A stretch of 64,000 nt of DNA, taken from positions 1,536,001-1,600,000 of the forward strand of contig OY781089.1 of the NCBI GenBank assembly GCA_963676565.1. The letters run 5' to 3'. Position 1 is the stretch's first letter. The number at the start of each line of letters is the position of its first letter. Of the stretch, positions 1 to 10,101 are shown piece by piece. The DNA is from Halarcobacter sp. GTDB taxonomy: Bacteria; Campylobacterota; Campylobacteria; Campylobacterales; Arcobacteraceae. The notes under the pieces are model-generated. The model saw only the letters and a program-made list of their open reading frames with translations. It did no database searches and had not been told where the DNA came from. The position numbers and the translations under genes were made by a program.

Positions 1-265
1 CAACTGCTTTTTGTGATGATAAAACTACAACTTCATATGAGTCTGGAACATTATATTTCTTTTTTAAATATGTTGCCAATTTTTTTAAATAAGGGTGTAA
101 AATAAACCTTGGATAACCACTTTTAATCACTTCTAATATTTCAGGAGTTTGTTCCTCATAATCAATCACATCTTGAATCTTTGGCATAGATACAGATACT
201 GCATGAATATTTTTAGGTGGAATTGTTTCCCCACAAGAGATATGATTAAAGTAATTATCTGACAT
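1..265 (-). CDS. PLP-dependent transferase, cystathionine gamma-synthase-like (5' part only; runs off the window edge)
   Basis: ATG at 265 abuts the upstream TAG. Manual translation MSDNYFNHISCGETIPPKNIHAVSVSMP...DYEE...SGYPRFILHP is open to position 1 and resembles the N-terminus of long Str2-type cystathionine gamma-synthases. Confidence 0.7.
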   Translation of the reverse strand, partial: MSDNYFNHISCGETIPPKNIHAVSVSMPKIQDVIDYEEQTPEILEVIKSGYPRFILHPYLKKLATYLKKKYNVPDSYEVVVLSSQKAV

Positions 266-1426
266 CTATTTTACAGCCTGCTTAATATCTTCAATTAAAT
301 CTTCATAATTTTCTAATCCAATGGAAAATCTAACAGTACCTTCTGCTATTCCAATTGCTTCAAGCTCCTCTTTTGAAAATGATGCATGGGAGATCTTGGC
401 AGGGATTTCAACCCTTGAATCTGGACTTCCAAATGAACATTTTTCACCAAAGATTTTTGTATTTTCTATAAATTTTTCTGCTAATTCCAAACTTTCAAAA
501 TCTGCACAAAAAACACCAGGGATATAATCCATTTGCTCTTTCGCTAAATCATACTGAGGGTGTGATTTTAAAGCAGGGTGTGTAACTTTAGTAATATAAT
601 CTTGATCTTCTAAAAATTGTGCAATTTTAATTGACACCTTTTCATGTTCACTCATTCTAACTTTTAGTGTTGGAATCCCTAAAGAGATTAAATATACATC
701 CATTGGATTTTGACTTCTACCATGGGCATTTGCGTAGTAATGAATCTCATCAGCTAATTCAGCAGTTTTAGCAACTATTGCTCCAGCAACAACAGCTCCA
801 TGTCCCGAGATATATTTAGTTGTTGAAAAAAGACTAAAGTCAGCTCCTAAGTCAAGTGGTCTTTGTGAGATAAAAGTAGCTAAAGAATTATCAACTGCAA
901 ATAGTGCATGGTATTTTTTAGCTAAAAAACTTACTTGTTTTAAATCTATGATTTTAAGACCTGGATTAGTTGGAGACTCACATAAAACTAAATCAATAGG
1001 ATTTTGGCTTAATATTTCTTCTAATTTGTCAAATTCTAAAAAGTCAGCAAAATGCACTGTAATATTGTATTTTTCTTTAAATACTTTTAATAATCTAAAT
1101 GTTCCACCATAACAATCTGCTTCTACTAAAATATGAGAGTTTGCTTTTAAAACTGTTTCAAAAAGTAGAGCAACTGAAGCAATTCCTGTATGTGTACATA
1201 CACATCCTGCTCCACCTTCAACTTGGGTAAATAGATTTTCTAACATCTCTCTTGTTGGATTATCACTTCTTGTGTAGTCATAAATTTTAGAGCCGTCTGA
1301 AGAGTCTTGTTTTTTTAAATCAAAGGTTCCTGTATTGTAAATAGGGAAATGTGATGCCCCAGCTACATCCTCAAAGGGAGCATATTTTGCCAAGTGACTT
1401 AATTTTGTTTCGATTTTTTCTTGCAT
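266..1426 (-). CDS. Cys/Met metabolism PLP enzyme (cystathionine beta-/gamma-lyase or gamma-synthase)
   Basis: YTRSDNPT, YGGT, ESPTNP, VDNS, STTKYISGH (PLP Lys), VRFSIGLE. Confidence 0.92.
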   Translation of the reverse strand: MQEKIETKLSHLAKYAPFEDVAGASHFPIYNTGTFDLKKQDSSDGSKIYDYTRSDNPTREMLENLFTQVEGGAGCVCTHTGIASVALLFETVLKANSHILVEADCYGGTFRLLKVFKEKYNITVHFADFLEFDKLEEILSQNPIDLVLCESPTNPGLKIIDLKQVSFLAKKYHALFAVDNSLATFISQRPLDLGADFSLFSTTKYISGHGAVVAGAIVAKTAELADEIHYYANAHGRSQNPMDVYLISLGIPTLKVRMSEHEKVSIKIAQFLEDQDYITKVTHPALKSHPQYDLAKEQMDYIPGVFCADFESLELAEKFIENTKIFGEKCSFGSPDSRVEIPAKISHASFSKEELEAIGIAEGTVRFSIGLENYEDLIEDIKQAVK

Positions 1427-1613
1427 ATATATCCGATTTTGTCCAATTTTTTGGAATTATAGCTTATTTTATATAAGAATTAAAATTTTCAAAAATGAAT
1501 TATTATTATTTAAGCTTACAAAATATCATTAAATGTGGATATCAAAAGTTATTTTTATGTTTGCAATGCTAAAATAATTGTTTATTGAAAGAAATTAACT
1601 CAAAGAATTTAAT

Positions 1614-3896
1614 ATGCAAAAAGATTTAGCTAACCCAAGCAAGCATTATAATAGAAATTTGTTATTGATATTACTTTCAATTGTTACTCTATTAGTTTTT
1701 TCAATATATATAGATATTAAATATAAAAAAGATGCTATTGAAAAGGAGCTAATCTCTTTAGAAAAAAGCATTATTTCAGAGCATAAAAAAAGACTCAAAG
1801 AATCAGTTTATAATACAGTTAATTATATAGATTCACTTTATAGAGTTTTTTTAAAGCAAGATGGAAAAAATTCAAACCTAGATCAATTAAGTGATGAGAA
1901 ATATAAACAATTTGAAAATGAGGTTAGAACCTATTTATACAATTCTGTATATGATAAGGTCAGATATACTTGGATTAATAAAGTTATAAATTTTGATGGT
2001 GGAAAAGATTATGCTTTAAGATTAATTCATCCGAATTTAAAACATACAGAAGGGGAACTTTTATCAACAAATACTAAAGATATAAAAGGAAATTATCCAT
2101 ATTTAGAAGAGGTAGAAGGGATAAAATCAAATGGGCAAATTTTTTACACATATTATTTTAAAGAATTTGATTCCAATAAAATTACTAGAAAAATATCATT
2201 TGCTCAACTATACAAAAAGCTAGATTGGATTATTGCAACAGGCATACCAACAAATGTTTTAGATGAAAAAATAAATAAAGAAAAAGAGTTTTTAATCAAA
2301 GAATTTAACAAAAATCAAACTATTACTTTATCTATAAAAGGTTTAGTTTTATTTATTTTAGGTTTATCTTTTTATTTATTTAGAAACCAAACAAACAATT
2401 ATATATTTGAAAATTTAAGTAAATCTAATGAGGTTTTAAATAATACAAATGAAAAATTATCTCTTGCTACAAAAACTGCGAATATAGGTATTTGGAAATG
2501 GAATATTGAAGATAACTCTTTTGATTGGGATGAGTTAATGTATAAATTATATGAAATTGACTCTGCTTGCGTAAAAATCACTTATGATTTATGGTTAAAT
2601 ACTTTACATAAAGAAGATAGAGATGTTGTTGAAAATGATTTAAAATTTTCAATAATGAAAAAGAAAAAATTTCTTTCAACTTTTAGAGTTAACACAAATA
2701 CTGGAATTAAGTTTATTCAAGCCTTTGGGGAGACAAAATATAGTTCAACAGGTAAACCTTTATACGTAATTGGAATAAATTTTGATATTACAAAAGAAAA
2801 AAATCAAGAAAAGATGATTTTAAAACAGGCTGAAACATTCAGTTCTTATGTGAATTTTTCAAGAACAGATGAAGATGGAATTATTACTGATGTTAGTGAT
2901 CTTTTTTGTAAAACCTCTGGATATACAAGAGAAGAGATAATTGGACAACCTCACAATATTGTAAGGCATGAGGATACTCCGAAAGAACTTTTCAAGGAAC
3001 TATGGGCTAATTTAAAAGCTGGAAAAAGTTGGACTGGCGAAATAAAAAATAAAAATAAAGATGGTTCATATTATTGGAGTTTATCAACAGTTTCATTGGA
3101 ATATGACAATAATGGAGATTTTATAGGTTATATTTCAATTAGAACGGATATTACATATAAAAAAGATTTAGAACTTAAACAAATTCAGTTAATGGAACAA
3201 TCAAAATTAGCTTCATTAGGTGAGATGATTGGTAATATTGCCCATCAATGGAGACAACCTTTGAGTGTGATTTCTACTGCTGCTACAGGAATAAAATTGC
3301 AACAAGAGTTAGGCACTTTAGATTCAAAACTTTTAGAGGATGAATTGGAGATGATAAATGATAATGCACAACATTTATCTCAAACAATCAATACCTTTAG
3401 GGATTTTATAAAAGAGGATAAAGAATCTACAGAAGTTGTATTACAAGAGAGAATAAAAGATACTTTTAAAATATTAAATGCAAGTTTAAACAATAATCAT
3501 ATTAAAATAATTAATAAAGTGGATGATACAGAACCTATAAAAGTAAAACTAATACTTGGAGAATTAGCACAAGTTATTATGAATATAATAAATAATTCAA
3601 AAGATGCTTTACTTGCAAATAAAATAGAAAATCCAACTATAATAATTGATATAATAAGAAAAAAGAATAAAGTTGTGTTGACAATAGAAGATAATGCAGG
3701 TGGTATAAAAGAAGATATTCTACCCCATGTTTTTGAACCATACTTTACAACCAAGCATAAATCACAAGGCACAGGTTTAGGATTATATATGAGTTTCAAT
3801 ATAGTAAAAGATAGTTTAAAGGGTAATATCTATATTGAAAATACTAAAATTGGTGCAAAAACTTTTATAGAGTTGCCAATAGAAAATAACGATTAA
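1614..3896 (+). CDS. Sensor histidine kinase (Cache, two PAS, HisKA, HATPase)
   Basis: Two TM helices around a Cache-like domain; PAS motifs (GIWKW; HNIVRHED...W.GEIKN); H-box IAHQWRQPL; DNAGG; GTGLGL. Confidence 0.93.
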   Translation: MQKDLANPSKHYNRNLLLILLSIVTLLVFSIYIDIKYKKDAIEKELISLEKSIISEHKKRLKESVYNTVNYIDSLYRVFLKQDGKNSNLDQLSDEKYKQFENEVRTYLYNSVYDKVRYTWINKVINFDGGKDYALRLIHPNLKHTEGELLSTNTKDIKGNYPYLEEVEGIKSNGQIFYTYYFKEFDSNKITRKISFAQLYKKLDWIIATGIPTNVLDEKINKEKEFLIKEFNKNQTITLSIKGLVLFILGLSFYLFRNQTNNYIFENLSKSNEVLNNTNEKLSLATKTANIGIWKWNIEDNSFDWDELMYKLYEIDSACVKITYDLWLNTLHKEDRDVVENDLKFSIMKKKKFLSTFRVNTNTGIKFIQAFGETKYSSTGKPLYVIGINFDITKEKNQEKMILKQAETFSSYVNFSRTDEDGIITDVSDLFCKTSGYTREEIIGQPHNIVRHEDTPKELFKELWANLKAGKSWTGEIKNKNKDGSYYWSLSTVSLEYDNNGDFIGYISIRTDITYKKDLELKQIQLMEQSKLASLGEMIGNIAHQWRQPLSVISTAATGIKLQQELGTLDSKLLEDELEMINDNAQHLSQTINTFRDFIKEDKESTEVVLQERIKDTFKILNASLNNNHIKIINKVDDTEPIKVKLILGELAQVIMNIINNSKDALLANKIENPTIIIDIIRKKNKVVLTIEDNAGGIKEDILPHVFEPYFTTKHKSQGTGLGLYMSFNIVKDSLKGNIYIENTKIGAKTFIELPIENND

Positions 3897-3917
3897 AAAT
3901 AATTTGAAAGAAGGCTG

Positions 3918-6704
3918 TTGAAAGAAATATCAATAAAAACAAAAATTACAACAATCTATTTTTTATTTGGGGTGGCATGGATTTTATTATCTGATGAGAT
4001 TTTATTTTATTTTATAAAAGATGTTGAACAATTAACGAAAATCCAATCTTTTAAAGGTTGGACTTTTATTGTTGTTACTTCTATTTTATTATATTTTCTA
4101 GTTAAAGAATATGAAAATGAAAAAAATGAGAGTGAAAAAAAACTTTCTGAATCTAAAGAATATTATATTTCATTACTTGAACAAGCTCCATATGCAATAG
4201 AAGTATACAATAAAGAGGGTTTTCAAACATATTTTAATAAAGAATATACAAAGTTTTGGGATATAAAAACAACAAATAAAAATAGACTAACTGTAAATAA
4301 CAATAAAATATTTACACAATTAGGTTTATTGGAGTTTATTAACAAATCTTTTAATGGTGAAATAATTGATATCCCCATTTATTCATATAGATTAAGCTCA
4401 AATAGTACTAATTTAAATAGTCAAGAAAAATTAGTAAAAACACAAATATATCCAATTAAAAACTCAATGGGAGATATAGAAGATATAGTAATTTCCTATA
4501 TAGATGTAAGTGCTGAAAAAAATGTCAAAAAATTTGAAAATATTTTGTCATTGGTATTTGAAACATTACCTGATATTTTATTTATAATTAAAAAAGATGG
4601 GACTATTGTAGATTATCGTTCAAAAACTAATGAAGATTTATATTTACAACCTGAATTTTTTATTAACAAAAAAGTACAAGATATACTACCAAAAGATGCT
4701 GCTAAATTATTTGAAGAATATCTACCTAAGACAATTAAAAAAAGAGATATTTTAATTTATGATTATGAGTTAGAAGTAGGAAATGAAAGAAGATATTATG
4801 AGTCAAGAATGTCTCTTCTTGGTGATGATGAACATTTAATGGCACTTGTAAGAGATATAACAGAAGATGTAAAAAGTAAAGAACAATTAGAATTTCAATC
4901 CCTTCTTTTAGAACAATCAATTGCTGCAACTAGTGTATTAGACGATGATGGAAAATTTTGTTATGTAAATGAATCTTACTTAAAATTATGGGGCTATGAA
5001 AATGAAAATGAGATATTAGGAAATTTTCCTTCTAGTCATTATTATGATTCAACAATTCATGAGAAAATTATAAGTGAATTAGAAAAGGATAAAAACAATA
5101 TTTTTACTCTAGTTGCAAAGAAAAAAGATGGAAGTTTATTTAATATATTGATGGGGGCAAAATTAATAAATATCAAAAATAAAAAATTTTATATCTCATC
5201 ATCAATAGATATTAGTAAAAGAGTTGAAATATCAAAACAGTACGAAACAATTTTTAACAATGTTAGAGAAGGTGTGTTTATCACTGAAATTGATGGGACA
5301 ATAATTAATGCAAATCCATATATTGAAAGATTATTTGATAAAACAAAATCGGAGTTGGTAAATTCAAATATAAAAACTTTTTTAAAAACAAAAGATTTAA
5401 AAAAACTAAAAAGAATTTTTCATACATTAATCTCTAAAAAAGAAGCGCAGTTTGAAATAGATCTTATAAGTAATGAAGGTAATATTTTTACTGTATCAAT
5501 TAATTCACAAATTATAAATTTTGAAAATAAACAAATAATATATGGAACATTAAAAGATTTATCCCAAGAAAATGAGAATATGCTTTTATTAGAGCGTTCA
5601 AAAAGAATTTTTGAAAATCTTAAAGAGGGTGTTATTATTACAGATGCTAATGGATATATAACAGAGACTAATAAAGCATTTAGTGATATTACTGGTTATT
5701 CTTATCATGATGTTTTAGCAAAAAAGATTTCGATAATCAAGTCTGATAAGTATGATGAAGATTTTTACAATAAACTTTTTTTAGATTTAAAACAAACAGG
5801 TAAATGGTCTGGAAAGATTATTAACAAAAGAAAAAATGAAGAAGAGTTTAGCTCTTTTTTAACACTAAGTGCAATTAAAGACAATAAAGGAGAACTTCAA
5901 AATTATATTGGAATATTTGCAGATATTTCAGATATTTTAAATTATGAAAAAGAGTTGCGAAAAAAAGACTTAATGCTTTCTCAACAATCAAAAATGGCAA
6001 TGATGGGTGAGATGATTGGAAATATTGCCCATCAATGGAAGCAACCACTAAGTGCGATATCAATGTCAAATGGAATGTTTATGTTAAATCAAGAAGTAGA
6101 AGGTATGGTGACCAAAGATGAATTGGATAAGTCAATAAAGAATATTTCAAATTCAGTTGAATATATGTCACATACGATAGATGATTTTAAGAACTTTTTT
6201 AAACCAGAAAAAAATAAAAAATATTTTAAAACAAAAAAAATATTTGAAAAAACATACACTTTAATGGAAGCACAATTAAAAAATAACTCAATAGAAATAA
6301 TAAAAAACATAGAAGATATAGAGTTAAATACCTTTGAAAATGAGCTTCTTCAAGTATTGGTAAATATATTGAAAAATGCAAGGGATGCATTAGTATCACA
6401 AGATACAAAAAATAAGAAATTAATATTTGTGGATATTTACAAAAAAGATAAAAAAGTATATATACAAATAAAAGATAGTTCAGGGGGAATAGCACAAGAT
6501 ATAAAAGATAAAATATTTGATGCATATTTTACAACAAAAGATGAGAGTGATGGTACAGGAATAGGATTGTACATGACAAAACAGATAATAGAAGGTATGA
6601 ATGGAGAGATAAGTGTATCAAATGAAGAATTCACTTATGAGAATATAGACTATAAAGGTGCACTTTTTACTGTAAAATTAGCAAATGTACTTAATGATAA
6701 ATAA
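3918..6704 (+). CDS. Multi-PAS sensor histidine kinase
   Basis: Two N-terminal TMs, several PAS repeats, IAHQWKQPL, DSSGG, GTGIGL; TTG start after AAGG. Confidence 0.92.
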   Translation: MKEISIKTKITTIYFLFGVAWILLSDEILFYFIKDVEQLTKIQSFKGWTFIVVTSILLYFLVKEYENEKNESEKKLSESKEYYISLLEQAPYAIEVYNKEGFQTYFNKEYTKFWDIKTTNKNRLTVNNNKIFTQLGLLEFINKSFNGEIIDIPIYSYRLSSNSTNLNSQEKLVKTQIYPIKNSMGDIEDIVISYIDVSAEKNVKKFENILSLVFETLPDILFIIKKDGTIVDYRSKTNEDLYLQPEFFINKKVQDILPKDAAKLFEEYLPKTIKKRDILIYDYELEVGNERRYYESRMSLLGDDEHLMALVRDITEDVKSKEQLEFQSLLLEQSIAATSVLDDDGKFCYVNESYLKLWGYENENEILGNFPSSHYYDSTIHEKIISELEKDKNNIFTLVAKKKDGSLFNILMGAKLINIKNKKFYISSSIDISKRVEISKQYETIFNNVREGVFITEIDGTIINANPYIERLFDKTKSELVNSNIKTFLKTKDLKKLKRIFHTLISKKEAQFEIDLISNEGNIFTVSINSQIINFENKQIIYGTLKDLSQENENMLLLERSKRIFENLKEGVIITDANGYITETNKAFSDITGYSYHDVLAKKISIIKSDKYDEDFYNKLFLDLKQTGKWSGKIINKRKNEEEFSSFLTLSAIKDNKGELQNYIGIFADISDILNYEKELRKKDLMLSQQSKMAMMGEMIGNIAHQWKQPLSAISMSNGMFMLNQEVEGMVTKDELDKSIKNISNSVEYMSHTIDDFKNFFKPEKNKKYFKTKKIFEKTYTLMEAQLKNNSIEIIKNIEDIELNTFENELLQVLVNILKNARDALVSQDTKNKKLIFVDIYKKDKKVYIQIKDSSGGIAQDIKDKIFDAYFTTKDESDGTGIGLYMTKQIIEGMNGEISVSNEEFTYENIDYKGALFTVKLANVLNDK

Positions 6705-6723
6705 AAGTATAGATATTTATTTA

Positions 6724-8379
6724 CTACTTTTTTTGTTCAAAGTTCGTGATAATTTGTTTTTCTCTGTAAATTAAATAAGGGTCTTGGTAATAACTTTCTT
6801 TAAAAAAACTTTTCCCTATAGTTAGGATTAATCCTTTTATATCAGTTTTCTCTAACTCAAACTCTTTATAAGTAAAACCTACTTTAGCAAAAGCATTTCT
6901 TATGAGTTCATTATTTTGAGAGCAGATTAAAATACCATTTTTTTTGAGAACTTTTTTTATCAATTTTATAAAATCAAAAGAGAGTAAAGAAGGATTTAAA
7001 TTAGGTAAAAATGGATCTAAAAAAATAATATCAAATTTTTTGTCCAATTTTGTGATTGTAAATCTTGCATCACCAAGTAAAAGTTTTATATGATTGGTAT
7101 TATTTTTATATTCATAGTTTTCATATAGAGTATTTAAAATCTCTTTTTCTTCTTTGTTTTTATTTAAGATTTGTGCATCTTTTATAATCACTCTATTTTT
7201 ATCTAAGGCAGTGATATTAAGTTTGAATTTTTTTTCAAGTTTTATTGCCATAAGGGAGTTTATTCCCATTCCAAAACCAATATCTAATAAAGATATATCT
7301 TTTTCTTGAAGTTTCTCTTTTAAATTTGATTGCTCTAAAAAAAGTTTTTTTGCTTGTAGATATGCTCCATTTTTTGGATGATAATAATCTTTATATGTTT
7401 TATCCCAAATGGTAATACTTCCATCTTCAAGTTCAAAACTGTTTTGTTTTGTTAAATTTAGCTCTTTTTTTTCTATTAAGTCACCTTGTTTAAAACCTCT
7501 ATAACTCATTGATTCATTTATAAACTCTACAAACTGTCCCTTTTGCATATTCCATTTGGGAGCTATTAAATCACAAGTAGGAGTATCTGTTGAGGTTCTT
7601 ACGATTGGAATATTAGAAGGGATATTTCTAATTAAAAAGATAAGTTCTTCAGCATATTCATATTCATTAAAAGTTTTGAAAACCTCTTTTTCATACTCTT
7701 TTTCTAAAGCAGTATTTTTTATAATATGTAGATTGTGTATTTTTATTCCATCAACCTTCTCTTTACAAACTATTTTAACAGTATTTAGCCAATCTTTTCT
7801 ACTCTCATTTTTAAATCCAACTATAATATGAGCAAAGATTTTAATACCATATCTCTTTAAATCTCTTATAGCTTTTATTGTTTGTTTTGAATCATGACCT
7901 CTATTAATATCTTTCAAGGTCTTGTCATTTAATGTCTGAACTCCCAAATCCACATAAACATCAATTTGCTTATTTAGTTCTTGAAGATATTCTAATGTTG
8001 ATTTATTTAAGCAATCAGGTCTAGTTCCTATACTAATTGCTTTAAAATTATAAAGTTTTAGAAGTTTTGAATAGCTTTCTTTTTGTTTTATAACAGAGGT
8101 AAATGTTCCTGTATATGCTTGAATATAAAGCATAAACTCCTTTGCCTTATATCTTTTTTTTGAAAATTCTATGGCATTTTTTATTTGAGTTTCTACATCT
8201 TTTGCATCTAAAATCTGAGCAGCCCTAGCTCCATCTTGGGGACAAAATGAACAACCTCCATTATTGTTTTCATCTCTATTTGGACACCCTAAATCTAAAT
8301 CTACAGGAATAGTATGAAGTGTAGTATTATAGTTTTTTTTCATATAGCTTTTAAATGTGAAGTAGGGTTGGTCTATCAT
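6724..8379 (-). CDS. TIGR01212/YhcC-family radical SAM protein fused to an MnmC-type SAM methyltransferase domain
   Basis: CPNRD...GGCSFC, IGTRPDC, GVQT...INRGH, GIKIHNLH; C-terminal DGSIT..YH..GA, LDIGFGMG, FLDPF.P..NP. Confidence 0.85.
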   Translation of the reverse strand: MIDQPYFTFKSYMKKNYNTTLHTIPVDLDLGCPNRDENNNGGCSFCPQDGARAAQILDAKDVETQIKNAIEFSKKRYKAKEFMLYIQAYTGTFTSVIKQKESYSKLLKLYNFKAISIGTRPDCLNKSTLEYLQELNKQIDVYVDLGVQTLNDKTLKDINRGHDSKQTIKAIRDLKRYGIKIFAHIIVGFKNESRKDWLNTVKIVCKEKVDGIKIHNLHIIKNTALEKEYEKEVFKTFNEYEYAEELIFLIRNIPSNIPIVRTSTDTPTCDLIAPKWNMQKGQFVEFINESMSYRGFKQGDLIEKKELNLTKQNSFELEDGSITIWDKTYKDYYHPKNGAYLQAKKLFLEQSNLKEKLQEKDISLLDIGFGMGINSLMAIKLEKKFKLNITALDKNRVIIKDAQILNKNKEEKEILNTLYENYEYKNNTNHIKLLLGDARFTITKLDKKFDIIFLDPFLPNLNPSLLSFDFIKLIKKVLKKNGILICSQNNELIRNAFAKVGFTYKEFELEKTDIKGLILTIGKSFFKESYYQDPYLIYREKQIITNFEQKK

Positions 8380-8492
8380 TTATTTCCTTTGGAGGAATTA
8401 TATTTGCATTTAGATTAAAAAAGTAAAGTAATCAAAGTTAAATAAGGTTTATTTAACTTAATTTGATAAATTCAAAAGAAAAAAGTATAAGT

Positions 8493-9950
8493 ATGAAATT
8501 AGATGAATTAAAACTTGAAGTAGACTATTTTCAATTTGATAAAAAGTTTTATGAAAAAGTTAATGCAACACCTTTAAATAATCCTTTCTTAATAAGTTAC
8601 AGTAAAAACGCATGTGATTTAATCAATTTAGATTACGAAGAATGTGAAACCAAAGATTTTGTAAAATTTATTAATGGTCAAAAAGTTTTAGAAGGTAGTA
8701 TCCCTTTTGCAATGGCATATGCAGGTCATCAGTTTGGATATTTTGTTCCACAGCTTGGTGATGGAAGAGCTATAAATCTTGGACATATAAATAATTGGCA
8801 TCTTCAAACAAAAGGCTCAGGGCTTACAAAGTATTCAAGACAAGGAGATGGAAGAGCAGTTTTAAGGTCATCCATTAGAGAATATATTATAAGTGAAGCA
8901 ATGAACGCTCTAGAAATCCCTACGACAAGAGCCTTAGCCTTAATTGGTTCAACTCATTTTGTTTATAGAAATTATATGGAAAAAGAAACAGGTGCAATTG
9001 TTTTAAGATTATCTCCTTCTTGGGTTAGAATAGGAACCTTTGAGTTTTTCTCAAGGGGACGTGAACCTGAAAACAATCTAAGACAATTAGCTAATTATGT
9101 TATAAATCAATCATATCCACACCTAAAAAATGATGAGAATAAATACGAGAAGATGTATTTTGAATTAGTTGATGAAAGTGCAAAACTATTGGCTCAATGG
9201 ATGGCTTATGGTTTCCAACATGGGGTTATAAACACTGATAATTTTTCAATGGCAGGACTTACTATTGATTATGGACCTTTTGCTTTTATGGATCAGTTCT
9301 CAAAACATTCTATTTGTAATCATACAGATATGGAAGGAAGATATTCATATAACAATCAGCCTGAGATTGCTAGATGGAATTTAGAAGTTTTAGCATATAA
9401 CCTTGGTAAGATTTGCAGTTTTCAAAAACTAATGTCATATTTAAAAACATTTATGTCTAAACAACAAGAAGAGTACTTAAAAATTATGAATGAAAGATTG
9501 GGTTTAGATATAAATTTAAGTGATGATGAAAACTTAGATTTAATGATTGCTTTACTTGAGGCTTTAGAAGAAGCAAAGATAGACTATAATTGTTTTTTTT
9601 ATGAGCTTACAAAACTAGAAAGTTTTGATAATATCTCATCAATTTTAGATATAGCTGTATTTAGGGCTCCTTTAGAAAGTTGGTTTGAGAAATATAAAGA
9701 AGCAATAAAAATACAAAAGCAAGATTTTTCAAAAATGAAAGAACTTATGAAAAAAACTAATCCCAAGTTTATAATTAAAAACTACATGCTCCAAGAAGCT
9801 ATAGAAAAAGCTCAAGAGGGTGATTTCTCTTTAGTAAATGATTTATTAAAAATTGCCCAAAACCCTTTTGATGAATATAAAGAGTTTGAAAGATATGCGA
9901 AACCAACACCCCTTGAATACTCAAATATAAAACTTAGTTGTTCCTCTTAA
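8493..9950 (+). CDS. selO: Protein adenylyltransferase SelO/YdiU
   Basis: YAGHQFG, LGDGRA, KGSG.T.YSR.GDGRAVLRSSIRE, HGVINTDN, IDYGPF, C-terminal CSS. ATG 8493 preferred over TTG 8463. Confidence 0.95.
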   Translation: MKLDELKLEVDYFQFDKKFYEKVNATPLNNPFLISYSKNACDLINLDYEECETKDFVKFINGQKVLEGSIPFAMAYAGHQFGYFVPQLGDGRAINLGHINNWHLQTKGSGLTKYSRQGDGRAVLRSSIREYIISEAMNALEIPTTRALALIGSTHFVYRNYMEKETGAIVLRLSPSWVRIGTFEFFSRGREPENNLRQLANYVINQSYPHLKNDENKYEKMYFELVDESAKLLAQWMAYGFQHGVINTDNFSMAGLTIDYGPFAFMDQFSKHSICNHTDMEGRYSYNNQPEIARWNLEVLAYNLGKICSFQKLMSYLKTFMSKQQEEYLKIMNERLGLDINLSDDENLDLMIALLEALEEAKIDYNCFFYELTKLESFDNISSILDIAVFRAPLESWFEKYKEAIKIQKQDFSKMKELMKKTNPKFIIKNYMLQEAIEKAQEGDFSLVNDLLKIAQNPFDEYKEFERYAKPTPLEYSNIKLSCSS

Positions 9951-9977
9951 AACAGAAAATAACTTTTTATTTTTTCA

Positions 9978-9994
9978 ACTGACTAGTGGTCAGT
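9978..9994. promoter_or_regulatory. Palindromic operator 1 (probable TetR site)
   Basis: ACTGAC-TAGTG-GTCAGT inverted repeat upstream of the tetR-efflux operon. Confidence 0.7.
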
Positions 9995-10018
9995 ATTAAT
10001 ATATCGTTAAGTTTTGAT

Positions 10019-10027
10019 TGATATAAT
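10019..10027 (+). promoter_or_regulatory. Extended -10 promoter element
   Basis: TGATATAAT between the two operators. Confidence 0.7.
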
Positions 10028-10038
10028 GCAAATATTAA

Positions 10039-10057
10039 TTGACCGACGGTCAGTCAA
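10039..10057. promoter_or_regulatory. Palindromic operator 2 (probable TetR site)
   Basis: TGACCG-A-CGGTCA (10040-10052) within TTGAC-N9-GTCAA; its TGAC core lies 60 bp after that of operator 1. Confidence 0.75.
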
Positions 10058-10101
10058 AAAGTTACAACGTTCATTATTTGTAACTAAAAGGAGGTAATAT
10101 A

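Noticed and set aside
1427..1613. SAM or other riboswitch upstream of the Met/Cys genes
   Set aside because: A -10 box lies about 30 nt from the ATG, leaving room for only a 5-bp hairpin.
9939..9950. Selenocysteine at the SelO C-terminus
   Set aside because: The gene ends TGT TCC TCT TAA (CSS-stop) with no in-frame TGA.
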